The position numbers and the translations under genes are program-made. The notes under the pieces were generated by a model. The model did not search any database. It saw only the letters and a program-made list of their open reading frames with translations, and was not told the origin of the DNA. 40,030 nucleotides of DNA from Hyphomicrobiaceae bacterium. GTDB lineage: Bacteria; Pseudomonadota; Alphaproteobacteria; Rhizobiales; Hyphomicrobiaceae. The DNA lies in NCBI GenBank assembly GCA_035253505.1, contig DATFCC010000021.1, forward strand, positions 1 through 40,030. Direction: 5' to 3'. The stretch's first letter is position 1. Each line of letters starts with the position of its first letter. Shown piece after piece: positions 16,496 through 24,400 of the stretch.

Positions 16496-17937
16496 CCTTC
16501 GTCGAGCGCTTCGCGCTCTGGAGCGACGAGCAACGGGCCGCCGCCCACAAGATCCCTCGCCTGGTCGAGGAGCACGAGCTGGAGGTCGTCCGCGTCTCCT
16601 TCCCCGACCAGCATGGCCTGCTGCGCGGCAAGACGGTGATGGCCGGCGACGTGGCGAGCGCGCTCGCCGACGGCTGCGCCATCACCAGCTCGCTGTTCGC
16701 CAAGGACACCGCCAACCGCACCGTCTTCCCGCTGTGGGCGCCCGGCGGCGGCTTCGGCATCAAGGCCTTCGAGGGGGCGGGCGACGTCGTGATGGTGCCG
16801 GACCCGACCACCTTCCACGTCCTGCCCTGGGCCGGCCGCACCGGCTGGCTGCTCGCCGACGTCTATTTCGCCGACGGCCGTCCCGTCCCGTTCGCCACCC
16901 GCCACATTTATCGTGGCGCGCTCACCCGCCTCGCCCAGGCCGGCTACGACTATGTCGCCGGCCTCGAGGTCGAGTTTCACGTCTTCAAGAACGACGCGTC
17001 GCGCATCGCGCCCGAGGAGTCGGGCCAACCGGGCGTGCCGCCGGCGGCCAGCAGCCTCGGCATCCTCACGCGTGGCTATCAATATCTTTCCGAGCTGCGC
17101 TTCGACGAGCTGGAGCCGGCGATCGAGGGCCTGCGCCGCGACATCGTCAAGCTCGGCCTGCCGCTGCGCTCGGTCGAATGCGAGTACGGCCCCAGCCAGT
17201 GCGAGTTCACCTTCCACGCCGCGCCCGGGCTCGCCGCCGCCGACACCATGGTGCTGTTCCGCAGCGCCGTGAAGCAGATCTGCCGGCGCCGCGGCCTGCA
17301 CGCCACCTTCATGTGCCGCCCGCAGATCCCCAACGTCATGTCGTCGGGCTGGCACCTGCACCAGTCGTTGCGCGACGCCCGGACCGGTGCCAATGCCTTC
17401 GCGCCCGGCCGCGAGGCCGGCATCCTGTCGGACGCCGGCCTGCACTTTCTCGCCGGCCTCCTGCGCCATGCCCGTCCGGCCACCGTCTTCACCACGCCCA
17501 CGCTCAACGGCTACAAGCGCTTCCGCCCGCACTCGCTGGCGCCCGACCGTGCCATCTGGGGCCAGGACAACCGCGGCGTCATGATGCGCGTCATCGCCGA
17601 TGCCGAAGGCAAGGCCACCCGGCTCGAGAACCGGGTCGGCGAGCCCGCCGCCAATCCCTACCTCTACATGGCCTCGCAGGTGCTGGCAGGGCTCGACGGC
17701 ATGCGCCACCGGCTCGACCCCGGGCCGTCCGCCGACGCACCCTACGACACGGAGGCCGAGTTCCTGCCGAAGAGCCTGGCCGAGGCCAATGCCGCCTTGC
17801 GCCACTCCGCCTTCTTCCGCGAGGCCTTCGGCGCGGAGTTCATCGACTACCTGCTGACCATCAAGGAAGCGGAGGTCGCCCGCTTCCTGTCCGAGGTGAC
17901 GGACTGGGAGCAGCGGGAATACTTCGAGATGTACTGA
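16492..17937 (+). CDS. Glutamine synthetase-family (GlnA-like) ATP-dependent gamma-glutamyl ligase, substrate unknown
   Basis: The ATG at 16492 overlaps the Rieske stop as ATGA. It lies in frame within ORF 16198..17937. Matching blocks are VRVSFPDQHGLLRGKTV, GLEVEFHVF, ECEYGPSQCEFTF, MCRPQIPNVMSSGWHLHQSL and NRGVMMRV...ATRLENRVGEPAANPYLYMASQVLAGLDG. Confidence 0.9.
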   Translation: MTFVERFALWSDEQRAAAHKIPRLVEEHELEVVRVSFPDQHGLLRGKTVMAGDVASALADGCAITSSLFAKDTANRTVFPLWAPGGGFGIKAFEGAGDVVMVPDPTTFHVLPWAGRTGWLLADVYFADGRPVPFATRHIYRGALTRLAQAGYDYVAGLEVEFHVFKNDASRIAPEESGQPGVPPAASSLGILTRGYQYLSELRFDELEPAIEGLRRDIVKLGLPLRSVECEYGPSQCEFTFHAAPGLAAADTMVLFRSAVKQICRRRGLHATFMCRPQIPNVMSSGWHLHQSLRDARTGANAFAPGREAGILSDAGLHFLAGLLRHARPATVFTTPTLNGYKRFRPHSLAPDRAIWGQDNRGVMMRVIADAEGKATRLENRVGEPAANPYLYMASQVLAGLDGMRHRLDPGPSADAPYDTEAEFLPKSLAEANAALRHSAFFREAFGAEFIDYLLTIKEAEVARFLSEVTDWEQREYFEMY

Positions 17938-18211
17938 TGGGATCGACCAGCCGTATGCCTGAGGCGGATCCGCCGTCGGATTGAAGCAACCTGGCGAGCT
18001 CGACCTTGGCCTGGCGCAGGCGGCTGCGTATCTCCTCGCGCAGAGAACCCAGCCACTGGGCGCGCACCTCATTCGTGTCGAGCACGACCACCACGTGTGC
18101 GCCCGGCTTGTTGCTGGTCTGGGACTTGTCCTGCGCCCGCGCCCCATGGGCGAGGACTGCGGCGCTCACCAGGGCCGTTGCGGCAATGGACGCAGGCTCC
18201 GCATGCGGCAC
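17861..18211 (-). CDS. Hypothetical small secreted protein (weak call)
   Basis: Within ORF 17861..18280(-). The GTG at 18211 lies about 11 nt after GGAGGA. It encodes VPHAEPASIAATALVSAAVLAHGARAQDKSQ...HVVVVLDTNEVRAQWLGSLREEIRSRLRQAKVELARL. GC3 is high through most of its length. The 3' tail overlaps the convergent GS-like gene by about 77 nt and looks less like coding sequence. Confidence 0.35.
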   Translation of the reverse strand: MPHAEPASIAATALVSAAVLAHGARAQDKSQTSNKPGAHVVVVLDTNEVRAQWLGSLREEIRSRLRQAKVELARLLQSDGGSASGIRLVDPISTSRSIPAAPSPSPRTGSGRPPLP

Positions 18212-18245
18212 CTCGGGCTCGTTCCTCCGCCTTCGGCGGGCTGGC

Positions 18246-18331
18246 GTAGGGCGCAATAGGCGCCAGCCGCATTGCGCCAATTCACCGATGCATCATCCGC
18301 CGGCGCAATACGCTTGGCTATTGCGCCCTAC
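18246..18331. repeat. Long imperfect palindromic REP-like element, family D
   Basis: GTAGGGCGCAATAGGcgccagccGCATTGCGCCaattcaccgatgcatcatccgccGGCGCAATACgcttgGCTATTGCGCCCTAC. It has nested inverted arms (outer 15 bp, inner about 10 bp). Confidence 0.75.
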
Positions 18332-18379
18332 GTGTCCGAGCCTGCCTCAGGCGCATTCGCCCGCACTCGCCGTGTCAAG

Positions 18380-19588
<1,209 letters not shown>

Positions 19589-19736
19589 GCGGATATGCTC
19601 TCGCTGGCTATAGCGTGCCTCGTCAGATCGTCGCGATACGGGGCGCAAAGATTTGATTTCACGGACGCTATCTAACTGTCCCGCAATACGATTAACTGAG
19701 CGCGGGGATCGCGCCAAGACATCTGGAGCAAGCAAG

Positions 19737-20123
19737 ATGAGAAAGACCTGGGGAGCTCTTGGCGCGGGAGTGCTCGCGCTGGTGCTGATTGGCGCCACCT
19801 TCGACACGGCCGAGGCCCATCGCTATCGCGGCTGGCATGGGGGCGGCGCGCATTTCTCGGGCCGGGCCATCGGTCCGCGCTTTGTCGGCCGGCCGTACAT
19901 CGGCCACAGGCATTTTGCGGGCCGGCACTATTGGCCCCGCCGGCATGTCCGTCGCGGCTTCTTTGTCGGCGTGCCCCTCCTCGCCTACGGCGCCTACTCC
20001 TACGGCTATGGCGGGTACTACGGCTACGGCGGCTGCCGCTGGCTGAAATTGCGGGCGCTGGAAACGGGCAGCCCCTACTGGTGGCGCCGCTACGAGGCCT
20101 GCCGGTACGACTACTACTACTGA
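19737..20123 (+). CDS. Secreted Gly/Tyr/Arg/His-rich low-complexity protein with a two-Cys C-terminal motif (paralogue 1)
   Basis: The ATG at 19737 follows GGAG and lies in frame in ORF 19653..20123. The signal peptide is [27 protein letters not shown]. The mature part is [10 protein letters not shown]...[45 protein letters not shown]. Confidence 0.7.
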   Translation: MRKTWGALGAGVLALVLIGATFDTAEAHRYRGWHGGGAHFSGRAIGPRFVGRPYIGHRHFAGRHYWPRRHVRRGFFVGVPLLAYGAYSYGYGGYYGYGGCRWLKLRALETGSPYWWRRYEACRYDYYY

Positions 20124-20149
20124 TCGAAGCCCGGTCCCGAATAAGGCAC

Positions 20150-20188
20150 GCGCTGGCGCTCGCCCCACCTAGGGCGCGCCGCCAGCGC
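20150..20188 (+). terminator. GC-rich stem-loop after paralogue 1 (possible terminator or attenuator)
   Basis: GCGCTGGCGCTCGCCCcacctaGGGCGCGCCGCCAGCGC. There is no clear U-tract afterwards. Confidence 0.35.
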
Positions 20189-20300
20189 TCAAGGTTTGCG
20201 CGCGGCGATGTGACGGTACAACGCGCCCGCCTTTGGAACCGCCCGGCCTCCTCGCGGCTTGAACCCTCAGCAAGTTCGGCAAATGCGTGGAGGTTCAATA

Positions 20301-20798
20301 ATGCGAACGGCATCCTTTCTGACAGCGGCGGTTGCCGGCGCGGCGGCGCTGGCGCTGTCGGCCGGTTATGATCCGGCAGCAGCCCAGCGAGGTGACGGCG
20401 GACATGGCGGTCGCGGCGGTGGCGGTGGCGGAGCAAGTTTTTCCGGCGGCGGTGGTGGCGGCGGCCACGTCTCGGGAGGCGGCGGCCGGTCCGGCGCCGT
20501 CATGCACGGATCGCCAGGGCGGTCATTCTCGGGCGGATCGCGCTCGCACGGTTATGTCGGGTCTCGTGACGGCTCGCGTGTGCGCGGCTACGTCAGCGCA
20601 GGCCGCTATGATCGTGGTGACCGGCACGGGCATCGCTACGCCCATCGGCGGCACGGTCACCGGCACGGGCACTTCTATGGCTACGCCCCGTTCGGCGTCT
20701 ACGCCTATAGCGGAAGCTGTAGCTATTATTACCGCCGCGCCGTGGCGACCGGCAGCTCCTACTGGTGGGATCGGTACTACGATTGCATTGACGATTGA
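20301..20798 (+). CDS. Secreted Gly/His/Arg/Tyr-rich low-complexity protein with a two-Cys C-terminal motif (paralogue 2)
   Basis: The ATG at 20301 follows GGAGG and lies in frame in ORF 20259..20798. The signal-like N-terminus is MRTASFLTAAVAGAAALALSAG. The rest has poly-Gly tracts, a His/Arg-rich block HGHRYAHRRHGHRHGH, and the C-terminus GSCSYYYRRAVATGSSYWWDRYYDCIDD. Confidence 0.7.
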   Translation: MRTASFLTAAVAGAAALALSAGYDPAAAQRGDGGHGGRGGGGGGASFSGGGGGGGHVSGGGGRSGAVMHGSPGRSFSGGSRSHGYVGSRDGSRVRGYVSAGRYDRGDRHGHRYAHRRHGHRHGHFYGYAPFGVYAYSGSCSYYYRRAVATGSSYWWDRYYDCIDD

Positions 20799-20821
20799 GG
20801 ATTGAATCCCTCGATCCACTG

Positions 20822-20847
20822 GAGGGCCGGGCTGATGCCCGGCCCTC
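20822..20847. terminator. Stem-loop between convergent genes (likely bidirectional terminator)
   Basis: GAGGGCCGGGC-tgat-GCCCGGCCCTC followed by TTGCTG. It lies between the paralogue 2 stop (20798) and the mtnA stop (20879). Confidence 0.55.
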
Positions 20848-20878
20848 TTGCTGCCGACCGCTCGCAACGCCGCAGGTC

Positions 20879-21970
20879 TCAGCCACGCTCGGGATAGAGC
20901 GAGGTCAGCCCTTTCGCCGAAGCCTCGCACACGCCGCGCTCCGTGATCAGCCCGCTGATCAGCCGCGCCGGCGTCACGTCGAAGGCGTCGTTGCGCGCAG
21001 GGCTGCCGGGTGCGGCGATCTCGACGGGGATCACGCGGCCGTCCTTGGTTCGCCCGCTCATGATCAGCACCTCGTCGGCGCTGCGCTCCTCGATCGGAAT
21101 GTCCCTGCCCGAAGCGAGGGTCCAGTCGATGGTGGAATGCGGCAGCGCCACGTAGAACGGGACGCCGTTGTCCTTGGCGGCCAGCCCCTTGAGGTAGGTT
21201 CCGATCTTGTTGGCGGCATCGCCGTTGCGCGTCACGCGATCGGCGCCGACGATGCACAGATCGACCAGTCCCTGCTGCATCAGGTGGCCGCCGGCATTGT
21301 CGACGATGATGGTGTGGGGCACGCCGTGCGCGCCGAGCTCGAACGCCGTCAGCGACGCACCCTGATTGCGCGGCCGCGTCTCGTCCACCCACACGTGCAC
21401 GGGCAGGCCGGCATCGTGCGCCTCGTAGATCGGGGAAATCGCCGTTCCGCGGTCGACGCAGGCCAGCCAGCCGGCATTGCAGTGCGTCAGCACGTTGAGG
21501 CGCTCCCGTGGACGCTTGCGTGCGGCAATCTCGTGGATGATCTTCGCACCATGCCGGCCGATCGCGCGGTTGGTGTCCACGTCGGCGTCGCAGATGGCGG
21601 CCGCGCGGGCGTAGGCGGCAGCGAGGCGCTTGTCGCGCGGCAGGTTGCGCACGGCGGCGCGCATCTCCTCCAGCGCCCAATGCAGGTTGACCGCCGTCGG
21701 CCTTTGCTTCGCCAGATGGGCGATCGCCCGGTCGAGCGCTTCGTCTGAGGCATCCTCGCGCAGGGCAAGACAGACACCGTAGGCCGCGGTCGCACCGATC
21801 AGCGGCGCGCCACGCACCTGCATGGTGCGGATCGCCACTGCCGCATCCTCCATCGTCCGCAGCGTGACGAAGGCGAGCTCATGCGGCAGCCGCGTCTGGT
21901 CGATGATCTCGATCGACCAGCCATCCGCCGCCACCCAGATCGTGCGATAGGCCTTGCCGTTGATGTTCAT
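20879..21970 (-). CDS. mtnA: S-methyl-5-thioribose-1-phosphate isomerase
   Basis: ORF 20879..22027(-), ATG at 21970. Matching blocks are IEIIDQTRLPHE, MQVRGAPLIGATAAYG, RPTAVNLHWAL, LTHCNAGWLA, VWVDETRPRNQGA, VGADRVTRNGDAANKIGTY and DVTPARLISGLITERG. Confidence 0.9.
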   Translation of the reverse strand: MNINGKAYRTIWVAADGWSIEIIDQTRLPHELAFVTLRTMEDAAVAIRTMQVRGAPLIGATAAYGVCLALREDASDEALDRAIAHLAKQRPTAVNLHWALEEMRAAVRNLPRDKRLAAAYARAAAICDADVDTNRAIGRHGAKIIHEIAARKRPRERLNVLTHCNAGWLACVDRGTAISPIYEAHDAGLPVHVWVDETRPRNQGASLTAFELGAHGVPHTIIVDNAGGHLMQQGLVDLCIVGADRVTRNGDAANKIGTYLKGLAAKDNGVPFYVALPHSTIDWTLASGRDIPIEERSADEVLIMSGRTKDGRVIPVEIAAPGSPARNDAFDVTPARLISGLITERGVCEASAKGLTSLYPERG

Positions 21971-21994
21971 CGCCGCTTCCGCACTCTTGTGCTG

Positions 21995-22023
21995 CCCCTC
22001 CCCTTGGGGGAGAGGATGTGAGG
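21995..22023. repeat. REP-like hairpin, family B variant
   Basis: CCCCTCCCCttggGGGAGAGGatgtgagg, just upstream of the mtnA start. Confidence 0.6.
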
Positions 22024-22156
22024 CCATGACTTACGGTCGCAAGCCCCAACCTGGCAACTGCTCGACTTCGCGTGCGCGACCATAAGGCATTTGGCCGAAC
22101 TGGTGAGGGGCAACTCTCGTTCGAGCGGGAAGGCCCCCTCAGCGGCTCTTCGGGCA

Positions 22157-22185
22157 CCTTCTCCCCAAGGGAAGAGGGCTAGGGG
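22157..22185. repeat. REP-like hairpin, family B variant
   Basis: CCTTCTCCCCaaggGAAGAGGGctaggGGC. It is in the opposite orientation to the 21995 copy within the same intergenic region. Confidence 0.6.
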
Positions 22186-22202
22186 CGCCGGAACATTGCG
22201 CA

Positions 22203-22430
22203 TCACTCCGGCGAATGCACCGGCGCACCGAGCGCAATGTGGAGCGTCTCGTCCAATCCGCAAGCCCGGCAGGACAGAGCGTACCACTCGGCATGCGGGC
22301 GCGCCGAGCGGTCGACGATCGTCAAGCCGTCCGCGCCGCAGACGGGGCAGGTGGCTGGCGCATCCGGATTGGCCCGCCAGGAAGCGACCCGGCGAAGCGC
22401 CTCGCGGACCTGCTCGGGCTCGAGCGCCAT
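22203..22430 (-). CDS. Small hypothetical protein with two CxxC pairs (zinc-ribbon-like)
   Basis: ORF 22203..22430(-). Its ATG lies 7 bp after the apt stop. Good GC3 bias. It carries CPVC...CRAC in MALEPEQVREALRRVASWRANPDAPATCPVCGADGLTIVDRSARPHAEWYALSCRACGLDETLH. Confidence 0.5.
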   Translation of the reverse strand: MALEPEQVREALRRVASWRANPDAPATCPVCGADGLTIVDRSARPHAEWYALSCRACGLDETLHIALGAPVHSPE

Positions 22431-22437
22431 GCGGGCC

Positions 22438-22968
22438 TTAGTGTCCCTCGAACGCCATCAGGGCATGCCCCTTGATGCCGAGGCTCGCCAGCTTGGCCAT
22501 GCCGCCGAGCTCGGGGAGGTCGATGATGAAGGTCGCTCCCACGATCTCTCCGCCCGAGCGCGCAACCAGCTTGCCCGCCGCCTCGGCCGTCCCGCCGGTG
22601 GCGATCAGGTCGTCGACGATTAGAATGCGCTCGCCCGGCTGGATGGCGTCCTCGTGCATCTCGATGATGTCGACGCCGTACTCCAGCGTGTACTCCTGGC
22701 CGATGGTCTTCCAAGGCAGCTTGCCCTTCTTGCGCAGGGGCACGAAGCCGCAGCCGAGCCGGTCGGCGATCGCCCCGCCCAGGATGAAGCCGCGCGCCTC
22801 GATGCCAGCCACGGCCTGCACGCGCGCGCCGGCATAGGGCGCGGCCATCTGCTCGACCGCGGCCTTGAACCCTCGCGCGTTGCCGAGCAGCGTGGTGACG
22901 TCGCGGAACATGATGCCCTTCTTGGGATAGTCCGGGATGGTCCGGATCAGGGCCTTCAGATCATGCAT
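22438..22968 (-). CDS. apt: Adenine phosphoribosyltransferase
   Basis: ORF 22438..23010(-), ATG at 22968. Matching blocks are [34 protein letters not shown], the PRPP motif [14 protein letters not shown], and [10 protein letters not shown]. Confidence 0.92.
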   Translation of the reverse strand: MHDLKALIRTIPDYPKKGIMFRDVTTLLGNARGFKAAVEQMAAPYAGARVQAVAGIEARGFILGGAIADRLGCGFVPLRKKGKLPWKTIGQEYTLEYGVDIIEMHEDAIQPGERILIVDDLIATGGTAEAAGKLVARSGGEIVGATFIIDLPELGGMAKLASLGIKGHALMAFEGH

Positions 22969-23051
22969 GGGCTGCGCTCTCCTGCTGCAGTCGGTCCGCC
23001 ATCGTAGCAAGCAGCATGCCGCGCGGCCATTGCGCAGCGCTGTGCCGCGCG

Positions 23052-24242
23052 TTACTCGAGCTTGCAGCCGGTGCCCGGATCGGCGAGCGCCTCGGCAGCG
23101 ATGCCCGCCACCTTGTTCTGCCCGCTCTCCACCTTGCGCAGGTAGATGTTCTGCACGACGTTCTGGGACGGGGACATGGTGATGGTCCCGCGCGGCGACT
23201 CGATCCGCGCCGAGCGCAGCGCCCGGTAAAGCCCCTCCTCGTCCTCCATGTTGCCGCCGACCGCGTCCAGCGCCGTGGCCAGGAGCTGGGCCGCGTCATA
23301 GCCCTGCACGGCGTAGAGGTCGGCATTGCGGTCCGCCTTGTCCCGGAACGCCCGGCGAAACTCGATGTTCTTGGGCAGGTCGAGCCCGTCGCCGTAGTGC
23401 AGCGCCGTCTCCATGCCTTCGGCCGCCGCACCCTGCGCGCGCAGGGTGCCCTCGGTGAGGAACCCCGGCCCGCACAGCGGCACCGCGATGCCGGCCGCAG
23501 CGTAGGCCTTGACGAACACCACCGCGCCGCCGCCGGCGAAGTAGGCCGCCACCACGTCCGCGCCGAGGCCGGGAATCTGCGCCAGCAGCGGCTCGAAATT
23601 GGTTTGCGGAAAGGGCAGCGTAAGGTCGGGCAGCATCTCGCCGCCGGCCTCCACGAACGCCTGCTTGAAGCCGACCCCGCTCTCCCGCCCCGCCTCGTAG
23701 TCCCATGTCATCCACACGGCCTTGCGGTAGCCCTTCTCCGCGGCGGCGCGCCCCATGCCGTAGGCCGGCTGCCAGTTGCTGAAGGAGGTGCGGAACACGT
23801 TCCTGGCGCACTCCCCGCGCGTCAGCGCATCCGTTCCCGCGCCCGGCACGATGGTCAGCGTGCGCGTCTGCCCGACCACCCTGTGAATGCCTGCCTGGGC
23901 GGCGGGCTGCACGCTGCCGATCAGCACGTCGATCTTGTCGTTCTTGATCAGCCGCTCGGCGCTGCGGGCGGCGGTTTCGGCCCGCGACTCGTCATCTGCC
24001 TTGACGATCTCGATCTCGCGGCCACCGAGCCGGCCGCCTTTCTCGGCCAGCAGAACCTCGATCGCCGCGGTTATGTTCTCGCCCAGGCTGGCGTATCCCC
24101 CCGAATAGGGCAGCAGCAGCCCGACCTTCACCGGCCGCGCCTGCCCGATCGCCCATCCGCGCGGAACCACCGCCGCCGCCGCGAAGGCGGCGCCGGCGCC
24201 GATCAGCTCGCGACGCGAGGGACGATGGACTGCAGCGGTCAT
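23052..24242 (-). CDS. ABC transporter substrate-binding protein, Leu/Ile/Val-binding family, twin-arginine signal
   Basis: ORF 23052..24242(-). The N-terminus is [20 protein letters not shown]. Matching blocks are [20 protein letters not shown] and IDVLIGSV. No permease or ATPase genes are adjacent. Confidence 0.85.
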   Translation of the reverse strand: MTAAVHRPSRRELIGAGAAFAAAAVVPRGWAIGQARPVKVGLLLPYSGGYASLGENITAAIEVLLAEKGGRLGGREIEIVKADDESRAETAARSAERLIKNDKIDVLIGSVQPAAQAGIHRVVGQTRTLTIVPGAGTDALTRGECARNVFRTSFSNWQPAYGMGRAAAEKGYRKAVWMTWDYEAGRESGVGFKQAFVEAGGEMLPDLTLPFPQTNFEPLLAQIPGLGADVVAAYFAGGGAVVFVKAYAAAGIAVPLCGPGFLTEGTLRAQGAAAEGMETALHYGDGLDLPKNIEFRRAFRDKADRNADLYAVQGYDAAQLLATALDAVGGNMEDEEGLYRALRSARIESPRGTITMSPSQNVVQNIYLRKVESGQNKVAGIAAEALADPGTGCKLE

Positions 24243-24400
24243 GCGTGGGCCTCCAGGTTCCGCTCGTGGGGGATATAGCGGAGAGAATTTGGTCTAGGGT
24301 GCGACCAAGCGCAGCTTTCGGCCGTGTGCTCCGGCCAAGCCTGCGGTCGTCAGCACGCGGCGCCGCCACGCCGCCCAACTCAGCCGACAAGGGGGCCAGC

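Noticed and set aside
15990-18147. Very long ORFs 15990..17984(+) and 16420..18147(-)
   Set aside because: They are out of frame with, or antisense to, the Rieske and GS-like genes. Those two genes carry clear catalytic motifs. The translations of the long ORFs are dominated by R, P, A and G.
24245-24400. GTG at 24245 as the start of the acetyl-CoA hydrolase-family gene
   Set aside because: It would add about 50 non-conserved, Arg/Ser/Pro-rich residues, and it lies 3 bp from the divergent gene's start codon. A TTG at 24401 with a G-rich SD fits the family N-terminus better, but the start remains uncertain.
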